Source: an uncultured archaeon (GTDB lineage: Archaea; Asgardarchaeota; Thorarchaeia; Thorarchaeales; Thorarchaeaceae). Taken from it: a stretch of 64,000 bases of DNA. Below the pieces are notes generated by a model, which was given only the letters and a program-made list of their open reading frames with translations, did no database searches and was not told the DNA's origin. The DNA is taken from contig CAYWJO010000002.1 of assembly GCA_964458565.1 (NCBI GenBank), positions 32,001 to 96,000 of the forward strand. The letters are read 5' to 3'. Shown in pieces: positions 9,907 through 18,835 of the stretch (position 1 is the stretch's first letter; each line of letters opens with the position of its first letter). Position numbers and translations under genes: made by a program.

Positions 9907-11256
9907 TTGTCTGGATTAGTGCATATTAGAGGTTCTTCAATGGATGAAATGTCACTATCAAATACATGCGATAATGTTGAACCAATTTGGGAATTCGAAG
10001 GTGACATTGACCCCTCTACTGAGATACCTCATGGACGTCAGATTCTCATCATCAGCAAAGATCAATCATTTCTCACACACGGTATACATAAGTTCCCAGC
10101 TAAGTTTTTCCCAGAGCTACCAAGATATCTAATCCGTCGGTACTCGAACGAGAATGATGTTGTCCTCGATCCGATGTGTGGAAGTGGTACTGTTGTTCTT
10201 GAAACCCTCCTAAATAATCGTCATGCCATTGGAATCGACATCGACCCCATCGCAAAATTGGTAACAAAAGTAAAAACAACTCCGATTGATGAAGAAGTCC
10301 TTCGATCATTATCCGAGCTTCTTACAACAAGGGTTTTACAACGATACAGGACTAAATACTCTCCAAACATACCTGAGTTTAGCTATCGGGACAATTGGTT
10401 TAGACCATTTGTATTGAAAGAACTAGGGATTATACGAGACACAATTCACGAAATTTCATATCCTGTTTCCAAGGAGTTGTATGATTTTCACAGGACTATC
10501 TTCTCATCAATCATTAGGGATGTATCGAACGCGGATCCACATTGTACTCGGACAGTAATCAGGAAAAAACAAATTCGAAATATCTCCCCTGGTGATACTT
10601 TGATGCACTTCAAACAAGCATTGGTCAATCAGATAGATGCGATGGTGGAATTTACTAATCTTTTCATTGAGAAAGAAATGAAACAATGTGAGATTCCCGA
10701 TACGGATGCAATTGAAACCGGAATAGATGAAAATACAATTAATCTGATTGTAACCTCTCCCCCATATATTAACGCAGTTGACTATCCTCGCACTCATCAA
10801 CTAGAGATGTATTGGTTGGGTCTTGTGCAAGATGGGCCTCTATCGAAGATGAAACGTAAGTATATTGGAACTGAAACAGTGTACAAAGATGAATATGAGA
10901 AATTAAGACAATTAGGCTATAGCTCTCTTGATCCCATTCTTTCCCGCATTTATGCGATTGATTCTCGAAGGGCGTTTATCACATACAAATTCTTCAAAGA
11001 AATGAAAACTCAACTCAAAGAGATGTATCGTATTCTTCAGCCAGGAGGGTACTATTGTCTGGCTATTGGAAACAATGTGATTCGAGGAATAAGAATACGT
11101 TCTCATGATATTCTTACTGAAATTGCCACATCCGAGGATGTTGGATTCATCTTGGAACGGATGTTTTTTTCAGGTCTCATCCGTCATTTCATAAAGATAC
11201 CCCGTCGAGAACGAATGAGTGGAGAATGGGTATTAATTCTCAAAAAGCTAGAATAA
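9907..11256 (+). CDS. Amino (N4-C/N6-A) DNA methyltransferase, apparently orphan
   Basis: HKFPAKF, motif I DPMCGSGT preceding motif IV TSPPY; start probably ATG 9940. Confidence 0.85.
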   Translation: MSGLVHIRGSSMDEMSLSNTCDNVEPIWEFEGDIDPSTEIPHGRQILIISKDQSFLTHGIHKFPAKFFPELPRYLIRRYSNENDVVLDPMCGSGTVVLETLLNNRHAIGIDIDPIAKLVTKVKTTPIDEEVLRSLSELLTTRVLQRYRTKYSPNIPEFSYRDNWFRPFVLKELGIIRDTIHEISYPVSKELYDFHRTIFSSIIRDVSNADPHCTRTVIRKKQIRNISPGDTLMHFKQALVNQIDAMVEFTNLFIEKEMKQCEIPDTDAIETGIDENTINLIVTSPPYINAVDYPRTHQLEMYWLGLVQDGPLSKMKRKYIGTETVYKDEYEKLRQLGYSSLDPILSRIYAIDSRRAFITYKFFKEMKTQLKEMYRILQPGGYYCLAIGNNVIRGIRIRSHDILTEIATSEDVGFILERMFFSGLIRHFIKIPRRERMSGEWVLILKKLE

Positions 11257-11257
11257 C

Positions 11258-11929
11258 TTATTCCAATAATATGGATATCTCCTGGATGACCCCTTGTAAT
11301 ACTATAAGTGATTTCTGAAGTTCTCCTTCTATTTGCAATCCATGATTCGCACGTTCTATTATATAGAACTTGAGACCCACCTTTCCCTGAAGTGTCTTTA
11401 TGATTTCCAAGTCAAAGAATGGGTCTGCAGTACCAATAACTGCAAGTGACTTGGCTTGACTCTCTTTCATGATTTGGGTTAATGACGGATCTGAGAGAAT
11501 TGGTGTTAGGAGGATAGTTTTTGCCTGTTCTAATTCCTTATGAGTTTCAATGAGATGAGCAATAGAACGGGTTCCTAGTGATTTGCCAGCAAGTACTCCT
11601 ATATCACTTAATCCGTTATTTATTGCAGCAAGATATAAGGCATCAATATCTGTCCTCAAATGGTCTTCTCTCTCCTCCTGTGATTTCGAACGGAAGACAT
11701 CATCCTTTGAATAATTATGGTCCATACTAATGACATTGAAGCCCTTCTCTATTAGAGCCTCAATTGTATAGAATAGAATAGGCATAGTAACAGTATATCC
11801 ATATCCGGGGAATACAAGCGCAGTCTCTGTGGTTTCATTTTTCTGACGATATACAGTGATGTGTAGAGGTTTGTAGTATCCTTGAATCTCGATGCTATCC
11901 GTTGTGATAATCCCTCTCACTTCCTGCAT
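11258..11929 (-). CDS. Alpha/beta hydrolase
   Basis: FPGYGY, nucleophile elbow GKSLG, GTADP, ANH. Confidence 0.85.
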   Translation of the reverse strand: MQEVRGIITTDSIEIQGYYKPLHITVYRQKNETTETALVFPGYGYTVTMPILFYTIEALIEKGFNVISMDHNYSKDDVFRSKSQEEREDHLRTDIDALYLAAINNGLSDIGVLAGKSLGTRSIAHLIETHKELEQAKTILLTPILSDPSLTQIMKESQAKSLAVIGTADPFFDLEIIKTLQGKVGLKFYIIERANHGLQIEGELQKSLIVLQGVIQEISILLE

Positions 11930-12036
11930 AAATACAGTCTATCACATTGATGCCAATACTTATCAAGGAATCTCCTATATAATTGCAAAAATCATGGAGG
12001 TATAAAACACAATGGCAACAACTCTCAGGTGGGATC

Positions 12037-12270
12037 ATGTTTGCCCGACGTTCATTTTTAGCTCTACCTCCCTCTGCGAAGTTCCTATACGTGCTTCTTA
12101 AAGAACGACATAGGATTTCCAGGCAAGATCTGATAGACATCACATTCTTGCCACCTCGTACAGTGAATTATGGCCTAAGCAGACTAAAGGACCTTGGTCT
12201 AGTTCAAGATATGGAGCATGCAGAGGACAAGAGAGAACGAGTGTATGAACTTACTCGGAAACCAATGTGA
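12037..12270 (+). CDS. Small MarR-like winged-helix protein
   Basis: LPPSAKFLYVLL...LPPRTVNYGL..L...DKRERVY; AGGTGG RBS before ATG 12037. Confidence 0.85.
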   Translation: MFARRSFLALPPSAKFLYVLLKERHRISRQDLIDITFLPPRTVNYGLSRLKDLGLVQDMEHAEDKRERVYELTRKPM

Positions 12271-12285
12271 TTCTACAGATTCAAA

Positions 12286-12323
12286 GGCATCTCTGGTATT
12301 CCAGAGATGTCACACCCTTTTTT
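12286..12323 (+). terminator. Hairpin plus T-tract
   Basis: GGCATCTCTGG-TATT-CCAGAGATGTC followed by CCCTTTTTT. Confidence 0.6.
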
Positions 12324-12394
12324 CTATCACCTCCAAAACCCTCTTAACTTAGCATCATTGGGACGATGATGAAAATACTCAGAGGGAATTCAAG

Positions 12395-13753
12395 ATGGAT
12401 TTTTATCAGAAAGCAGGGGTTGAGCCTATAGGCAATTTACCTAGGACTCATTTCACATTGGATATTATCCCGAAGAACAAGGATGTACATGTAATTCTCA
12501 TGGGTTGGGTTCATATTATCCGTGACAAGGGTAAAATCAAGTTCTTGATTCTAAGGGACGAACGTGGTGTAGCCCAAATAACAATTCCTCAGAAGAAAGT
12601 ACCCGTAGAAGTGTTCGAAACCTCTGAGCAACTGAAGCCAGAAATGGCTATTGCCGTGCATGGTAAAATTGTAGAAGCAAAACAAGTGGAGTCTGGTGCA
12701 GAGATAATTCCTGACAGAATTCGAATACTGAACACTGCTGAGCGTCTTCCGATTGATGTCGTTGAAGGTAAGGTCGATATTGAACTTGACACTAGGCTCA
12801 ACCATCGTATTCTTGATCTGCGAAAACCTAGTATAAATGCCATTTTTAGAATCCAGCATTCTCTTGTCCGATTTGCCCGAGAATATTTGGAGCGAAATGA
12901 TTTCATTGAAATTCACACACCAAAGATTGTCGCTGAAGCAACGGAGGGTGGCGCAAATCTCTTTGAAATAAAATATTTTGAAAAGAAGGCATATCTTGCA
13001 CAGAGCCCGCAATTCTACAAGCAGCTTATGTTACTTGCTGGATTTGGACGCGTCTTTGAGATCGCACCTGTTTTCAGAGCGGAGAAACACAATACCCGCC
13101 GCCATGTTAATGAATACACTTCATTTGATCTTGAAATGGCTTGGATTAGTGGCGTTGAGGATGTCATGCAGGTCGAGGAGCAAATGCTTCATTATTCATT
13201 TGAGCTGACTGCGAAACACTGTGTTAACGAATTTGACTTACTAAATGTGGATTTCGAGGTTCCGAAGTTGCCATTTGGTCGGATCAAGTATGTTGATGCT
13301 ATTGCCCTTCTCAATGAAAACGGAAAGGAACTAAATATCACCGATGATTTAGATCCTGAGAGCGAACGCCTTCTCGGGGACCTCTTTCCAGAGAAATTGG
13401 GTACAAATATGGTCTTCATCACTCACTATCCACTTGAACTAAGACCTGCATATACCATGCCAAGCTTGACTGATGAAGGAATGACTGAGAGCTTTGATCT
13501 CACTTACAAAGGAATGGAGATTACAACAGGAGGTCAACGTATTCATCTCTATGACCTTCTTGTTGAGCGTTTCAAAGCAAAGGGGTTCAATCCTGATGAT
13601 TTTGGATTCTATCTCGATCCTTTCATGTACGGCGCTCCTCCTCATGGTGGATTAGGACTTGGTGTCGAACGCTTGACCATGCAATTACTTGGAATTGATA
13701 ATATTCGTGAGGTAACCCTCCTCCCACGAGACCGTGACCGAATCACTCCCTGA
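12395..13753 (+). CDS. aspS: Aspartyl-tRNA synthetase (archaeal type, probably non-discriminating)
   Basis: OB fold GWVHIIRDKG (His typical of non-discriminating enzymes), LAQSPQ, FRAE, PPHGGLGLGVERL. Confidence 0.95.
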   Translation: MDFYQKAGVEPIGNLPRTHFTLDIIPKNKDVHVILMGWVHIIRDKGKIKFLILRDERGVAQITIPQKKVPVEVFETSEQLKPEMAIAVHGKIVEAKQVESGAEIIPDRIRILNTAERLPIDVVEGKVDIELDTRLNHRILDLRKPSINAIFRIQHSLVRFAREYLERNDFIEIHTPKIVAEATEGGANLFEIKYFEKKAYLAQSPQFYKQLMLLAGFGRVFEIAPVFRAEKHNTRRHVNEYTSFDLEMAWISGVEDVMQVEEQMLHYSFELTAKHCVNEFDLLNVDFEVPKLPFGRIKYVDAIALLNENGKELNITDDLDPESERLLGDLFPEKLGTNMVFITHYPLELRPAYTMPSLTDEGMTESFDLTYKGMEITTGGQRIHLYDLLVERFKAKGFNPDDFGFYLDPFMYGAPPHGGLGLGVERLTMQLLGIDNIREVTLLPRDRDRITP

Positions 13754-13828
13754 TAATACTTGGTCTTAAAGGATAAACTTGGTGAGTATGATTACCTCTT
13801 TAGAGTAATACCATATGGTGAGAACCAG

Positions 13829-14578
13829 ATGCCTGATAGAGCTCAATCAGAACTATATGCTTCAATAGCGACCCTCGATCAACTCAAGAAACTTTATGAT
13901 GTTGGCGCAGTTGATCCCCGGTCTTACCAGCGTGAAACTGAGGGATTACTTACTGAGGTTAGATTCCATCTTGATGAACTAAGACGAGTTGGGCTTGATG
14001 TTGGAAGATTTATTGAAACTGAACGGCTCTCAGACCAGTTTCCAGACGCTCTTCATATTCTTCAGTTGAGAGATACAAATCCATCAACCTCAGTTCAGGG
14101 TATGACAAAAGAGGAATATTATGATTATATCGGACTTTCCGTTCTCGATGTTGTCACTGCTAATTCCTCTAAAGGATTAATGGGATTGGCTGAGTTGATT
14201 GTTGAGGTAGTGCGAAAACTACCTGAATTGAAGTCAGTAAGTTACAATGATGTTATTGAAGCGGTAAATATGGTCGCTCAACATGGTTTAATCCCTGGTA
14301 TTAGGACTCTCAAAGGTGGAGTAAAGGTTGTTGAGCTTCGGCCTTTGGAATTACGCCGAGATCAGGCTGATGTAATCAATATTGCTGCCTCTAAGGGATT
14401 TGTTACTGTAGAAGAAATAATGCTTGAGTTCAAATGGTCTGAGGATCATGCGCGTCAAGTATTGACTAGTCTAGTCGATGCTGGAATGGCCGTTGCTGAT
14501 ATGAGGTTTTCCACAGGTGGCAGATACTGGTTCCCCGGTTTGCGTTCGAGAGACTCAAGTAGTCAAACGCATCCATAA
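13829..14578 (+). CDS. ESCRT-II Vps22/Vps36 (EAP30)-like protein with Vps28-N-terminal-like region
   Basis: C-terminal tandem winged helices match the Vps22 pattern (YYDYIGLSVLDV..GLMGLAEL..VSYNDVIEAV..GFVTVEEI..FKWSEDHARQVL..LV..G..RYWFPGL). N-terminus ELYASIATLDQLKKLYDVGAVDPRSYQRETEGLL resembles Vps28-N. Start ATG 13829 after GGTGAG. Confidence 0.85.
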   Translation: MPDRAQSELYASIATLDQLKKLYDVGAVDPRSYQRETEGLLTEVRFHLDELRRVGLDVGRFIETERLSDQFPDALHILQLRDTNPSTSVQGMTKEEYYDYIGLSVLDVVTANSSKGLMGLAELIVEVVRKLPELKSVSYNDVIEAVNMVAQHGLIPGIRTLKGGVKVVELRPLELRRDQADVINIAASKGFVTVEEIMLEFKWSEDHARQVLTSLVDAGMAVADMRFSTGGRYWFPGLRSRDSSSQTHP

Positions 14579-14579
14579 T

Positions 14580-15296
14580 CTAAAGTACCAGACGAACTGC
14601 TCCCTTCTGCTTGTCAATCCACTCTGCTAATTCTCTTTCTACAAGAAGCTTGATCACATAATGAATTTCTTTCTCAGGAAGTTTAGCAAAATTTTGTTTA
14701 TTTTCTTGAATCACAATAGACTTCACATCTAATCGAGTTCTACCATTTTCTAAAGCCCATTGATAGATTATATCTGCCCATTCTTCCAAGAAACGCCAAT
14801 ATACTCTCAATTGACGCTTTTTCCCCTCCATCCAAATTCCTACTTCTTTCTCAACAATCTTGTCGCCAATTTTTCTATAAGCATCGGCCTTGTTCTGGAT
14901 GTCTTTGAATGGATATTCTGACACAAACTTTGAGAAGCTAAGGATATGAATTGAGTATTCTTCACACCATTCGAGAACGAAATCGGACCACTCGGATGCC
15001 CACATCTGTAAATCCTCCTCTCTTACAGGAATGTGGTACATCCACTCAGTCTGTGATATGTCTCCCCAGCTTGGTAGTAACCGAGGCTCTTCTACAATCA
15101 TTTCTATTTCTGATTTAGTTTCAACAATACTACCTTTCTCTATCTCAGCTTCTGTTTCGATGATAGGCATTTCTTCGTGAATCATTGATTCCGTTTCAAT
15201 TTGAGTTTCAGTCTCTTGTTCTTCAACTATACCTTCTTTGGCATCGCTCTTATCAACTGACTTTTGTTTTCGCCTGATTCGCTCTCTCTCTCCCAC
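14580..15296 (-). CDS. vps25: ESCRT-II Vps25-like protein with acidic N-terminal extension
   Basis: QMWASEWSDFVLEWC, YPF and VYWRFLEEWADIIYQWA match Vps25 motifs; adjacent to Vps4. Confidence 0.85.
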   Translation of the reverse strand: MGERERIRRKQKSVDKSDAKEGIVEEQETETQIETESMIHEEMPIIETEAEIEKGSIVETKSEIEMIVEEPRLLPSWGDISQTEWMYHIPVREEDLQMWASEWSDFVLEWCEEYSIHILSFSKFVSEYPFKDIQNKADAYRKIGDKIVEKEVGIWMEGKKRQLRVYWRFLEEWADIIYQWALENGRTRLDVKSIVIQENKQNFAKLPEKEIHYVIKLLVERELAEWIDKQKGAVRLVL

Positions 15297-15299
15297 AGG

Positions 15300-16532
15300 C
15301 TAGGAACCCTCCGCCCAATCACTATACTTCTTCACGTCTTCCGGTGACGTTGCTGGTCTAATGTTATCAATGGCGTCTAGAAAATCCTTTCGTGAAACGG
15401 TTCTAAGATCCAGAATCTCGGTGTCATCATCCATTCTTCCGGTGCTTTCAAGTTCTCTAATTGGTTCCATAGCTGCTTCCCGACATACTATACTTAGATC
15501 TCGACCGCTGTATCCTTCTGTTAGCATAGCCATCTCATTAAAATCAACATCAGGCGCGATATCAACACCCTCAATATGTATCTCAAAAATCCGTCTTCTA
15601 GCAATCTTGTCAGGAAGTGGAACATGAATGCGTTTCTCAAAGCGGGAACGTAGAGCAAAATCAATCTCCCATGGTAAATTCGTCGCACCAATGAGAGTGA
15701 TTCTTTCATCTGCTTCACTAGCTAACCCTTGAAGCTCCGTCAACAGTTGTGTCTTTAATCTACGTTCTCCACCAACATCGTCTCCAGACCTCGCTACCCC
15801 AATTGAGTCCAGTTCATCAATAAATATAATCGCAGGCTGCATGCTTCGCGCTCGTTCAAATAGCATCTTGACAAGTTTCTCCGATTCTCCCAACCACTTA
15901 CTTACAATATTTGCTGCTGAAACATTGAAGAATGTTGCACTCACTTCTGCAGCAACCGCACGAGCTATCAACGTTTTCCCGCATCCTGCAGGTCCATAAA
16001 GTAGGATTCCTTTCCATGGTTGTCTTGCTTTACCTCTGAACAACTCAGGGTGTTTCATTGGGGCTACGATTGCCTCTGTGATTGCTTGTTTTGCCTTCTC
16101 AAGTCCTGCTACATCTGCCATACTTCCATGTGGTGTTTCAGTAATGATGGTGTCTGCAATCATATCTCCAAGTCTTTTTCCATCCTCATCATCAGTAGAG
16201 GGGACCGGTCTATCTGACTCAGAGGTTCTTGTATCTTCAACAATTGTTGTTGGGAGTGTGCTTATCCCATCTATTGGCCCTCTTGATTTCTTTTTAATTC
16301 CTGACAGATATCTGACTCTATCAACACATTCCTGAGCTCTATCCAAGTAGTGTTTCCGAACAGAACGTAATGTTGCTGCGTTAGAGAGCTTAATCAATAT
16401 CTTACTCGCTTGCAAGTATTGTCTTGCAGCTTCCTTTTTCATTCCCCTTCTGTCTAGATCGATGGCTTTCTCAAGGAGTTTCCTGAGTCCTTCATCGAGT
16501 CTATTACTACCTGAATCTGACATTTTCTTCAC
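15300..16532 (-). CDS. vps4: Vps4 AAA+ ATPase (MIT + AAA)
   Basis: N-terminal MIT (KAIDLD..EAARQY), GILLYGPAGCGKT, SKWLGESEK, IIFIDELD, GATNLPW, RFEKRI. Confidence 0.93.
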   Translation of the reverse strand: MKKMSDSGSNRLDEGLRKLLEKAIDLDRRGMKKEAARQYLQASKILIKLSNAATLRSVRKHYLDRAQECVDRVRYLSGIKKKSRGPIDGISTLPTTIVEDTRTSESDRPVPSTDDEDGKRLGDMIADTIITETPHGSMADVAGLEKAKQAITEAIVAPMKHPELFRGKARQPWKGILLYGPAGCGKTLIARAVAAEVSATFFNVSAANIVSKWLGESEKLVKMLFERARSMQPAIIFIDELDSIGVARSGDDVGGERRLKTQLLTELQGLASEADERITLIGATNLPWEIDFALRSRFEKRIHVPLPDKIARRRIFEIHIEGVDIAPDVDFNEMAMLTEGYSGRDLSIVCREAAMEPIRELESTGRMDDDTEILDLRTVSRKDFLDAIDNIRPATSPEDVKKYSDWAEGS

Positions 16533-16662
16533 TTCTTCTTAGGATTGTTCTGTTATGAATCAATGTGTATTACTCTGCCATTACCTTTAACGTTACGAAG
16601 GTTTAAACGATGTTTTCTCATGTCTTGTTTGAGGATAAAATTTCTCTGTGCGGTGAATCCTT

Positions 16663-17271
16663 TTGGGTACATTCAAAAAAGCATGGTCTTGGGGTCGTAA
16701 AAAACCCGACATATCTGAGGTTTCTAGTCAATTACGTATTCTAATAAAACAGTTAGAACGTCAGAGAAATAAATTGGAAAAAGAGGAACGTGACACGAAA
16801 GCTCGTGCTATTCGTGCGCGACAAGCAGGTCAGAATGAAGCATATGTGACCTATGCAACTGAAATGGTTCGATTTCGTCGCTATGTTCTTTCAATCGATA
16901 AATCCCGCTTACAGATGTTGAAGATTTTGGCTCATCTAACCCGGGCACAGACAACTGCTAAAGCAGCGAAAGCTATGGAAGATGTTGCTAAAATCCTTGG
17001 AATGCTTGGGGACTCCATGGATGCCTCAAAGGTCATAGAGAATGCTGATGAAATTGCTCGTCAAGTTCAAGAGTTCGAAATCGAATCTGGTATTGCTGAT
17101 GATGCATTCGATTCTGCTATGCCTGAGATTTCTAGTGAAGACATCGCTGAGGCTATGGCTGAAATCGACGCTGAAGTTGGTGGTAAAGCAACTGTTGGAA
17201 AACGTCCGGCGACTGAAGCGGAAGCATTAGAGGATGACATTAAAGCATTGGAACGAGAGCTAGGTGTGTAA
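16663..17271 (+). CDS. ESCRT-III subunit, Vps2/24/46-like
   Basis: Amphipathic N-terminus MGTFKKAWSWGRKK, basic helical hairpin (ARQAGQNEAYVTYATEMVRFRR), acidic C-half, MIM1-like end EDDIKALERELGV; divergent from vps4. Confidence 0.9.
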   Translation: MGTFKKAWSWGRKKPDISEVSSQLRILIKQLERQRNKLEKEERDTKARAIRARQAGQNEAYVTYATEMVRFRRYVLSIDKSRLQMLKILAHLTRAQTTAKAAKAMEDVAKILGMLGDSMDASKVIENADEIARQVQEFEIESGIADDAFDSAMPEISSEDIAEAMAEIDAEVGGKATVGKRPATEAEALEDDIKALERELGV

Positions 17272-17275
17272 CGCT

Positions 17276-18835
17276 CTATAGATCATATCTTCTTTCTGCA
17301 GAGTGTCTCTCAATTTCTCGACGTGCATAATATGAATCTCGCATCAGGCTACGATATCTTCTGATAAAATCTTCAGGAACGATTCTTCCAGCTCTCAACA
17401 TATGAATAGTTTCCCGAATTGCGTCATCAAGCGCTCTTGCATCTCTTCTCATATTATCAAGATTTGGTCTTGTTTGACGCTCGTAATATTGTGGCGGTGT
17501 TCTCTGGCCTATTAGTTGTTCCAAATGGTCGCTGAACCGTTGCTGACTACCATAGTTTTGTGAATATCCAACTTGACGGTCTCTTGACCATTGATCAGTC
17601 TGCGGTTGCGGATAATATCTCGAAGTATCTTGTGCATAACGAGGTCCTGTCATTTTGGAATTCAGTATTGAATATACAATTCCCTCAATTCTTAGTCGAA
17701 TATCGCTGATGTTGGTGTCGGTCTGTTCTAACTTTCTCACACGCTGCATGTCAGTCTGAACATATCGTTCAAATCTACGTGCGATTTCAATGTAGTCTGG
17801 AAGAACTCTTTTCGTTTGATCACTGCAGATAATTTTAAGATCTCCCTGTTTCAACTTCAAAACCAATCGTTTTCGAAGTCGACCATCTTCTTGTATATCT
17901 TTCAGATACAGAAGTGGAAAATCAAAAACGATGTCAGTTTTTTTCCTTACCAACCCCGTTTCAGCAACGAAAATCATTCTTTTATTTGTGATAAAGAGAC
18001 TTCCTGTAGCTTTGTCATTCTTGATAAAATCGCTTCCTGCAAGAGTTATTGGTGAGAACGCGCTCACAGGTAGTTCATTGACTGAAAGTTCAGAGTATTC
18101 GTAAAAGGGTGAGAATTTATCTCTATAATACTTCAACCCATCTAGTTGTTTCTTTACGTCATCCATAGTCAATCGTGCTTGAACCAACGTTTCTTCCACA
18201 AGAGCTCGGTAGCTTATTCCAAGTTCAGTAATTCGATTAACAACTCCTTCAATAAAGGGAAATTGAGATGGACTCCAAGAAGACTGATCAATCAATCCTT
18301 TAGTTTCTGCAACCATCTGTTTAGCTACAATCTCGGCGTGATTTCCAATTCGCTTCTTTATCGCTGGGAATTCAGCATGTATTTCTTCAATTCTCTCTTC
18401 CAACCACTTGTAATGAAGGAAATTAGCCATCCTTAGAGATACCAATAATCTCTTTCCAGCGACCATTCGATTTGTGAATTCCTTAAGTTTCGTGTGTCCA
18501 TATTGCAGGCTCATTATCGCACTACGCATATCATGAGCTAACTCTCTTTGCTTCTCTGATATGTGTACGATTCTACTTGAATGACAGTGAGGGCAAACCT
18601 CCATTGTCCTCTTACCAATCCCAAGGTTCTCAGAGTCGCACTCGGGACATTTCAAGGGATTTTCACCTGGCAATGGGACTCCAAGATTGTGCTGGCAATC
18701 TTTGCACATTCGGTATTCTCTAACTCTCTGTTCCAAACATGCTGAGCAAATTGTAGTTCCGCAGTCCTCACACATATGAGTTGCAGACTGATTCTCACAT
18801 TCCTTGCATGTTAGGTTTGAGGAATCTGCGGTCAT
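17276..18835 (-). CDS. Zn-finger / coiled-coil / GRAM-PH-like / steadiness-box-like protein (putative ESCRT-I subunit)
   Basis: Six CxxC pairs in aa 10-84; helical aa ~95-240; ATGSLFITNKRMIF (aa 276-289); Q/Y/P/R-rich linker; C-terminal ALDDAIRETIHMLRAGRIVPEDFIRRYRSLMRDSYYARREIE. Confidence 0.7.
   Translation of the reverse strand: MTADSSNLTCKECENQSATHMCEDCGTTICSACLEQRVREYRMCKDCQHNLGVPLPGENPLKCPECDSENLGIGKRTMEVCPHCHSSRIVHISEKQRELAHDMRSAIMSLQYGHTKLKEFTNRMVAGKRLLVSLRMANFLHYKWLEERIEEIHAEFPAIKKRIGNHAEIVAKQMVAETKGLIDQSSWSPSQFPFIEGVVNRITELGISYRALVEETLVQARLTMDDVKKQLDGLKYYRDKFSPFYEYSELSVNELPVSAFSPITLAGSDFIKNDKATGSLFITNKRMIFVAETGLVRKKTDIVFDFPLLYLKDIQEDGRLRKRLVLKLKQGDLKIICSDQTKRVLPDYIEIARRFERYVQTDMQRVRKLEQTDTNISDIRLRIEGIVYSILNSKMTGPRYAQDTSRYYPQPQTDQWSRDRQVGYSQNYGSQQRFSDHLEQLIGQRTPPQYYERQTRPNLDNMRRDARALDDAIRETIHMLRAGRIVPEDFIRRYRSLMRDSYYARREIERHSAERRYDL

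Noticed and set aside
15300-16532. Calling the ATPase/ESCRT-III pair crenarchaeal CdvC/CdvB
   Set aside because: No CdvA; the ESCRT-III lacks a C-terminal winged helix; ESCRT-II genes are adjacent, which is the Asgard/eukaryote-type arrangement.
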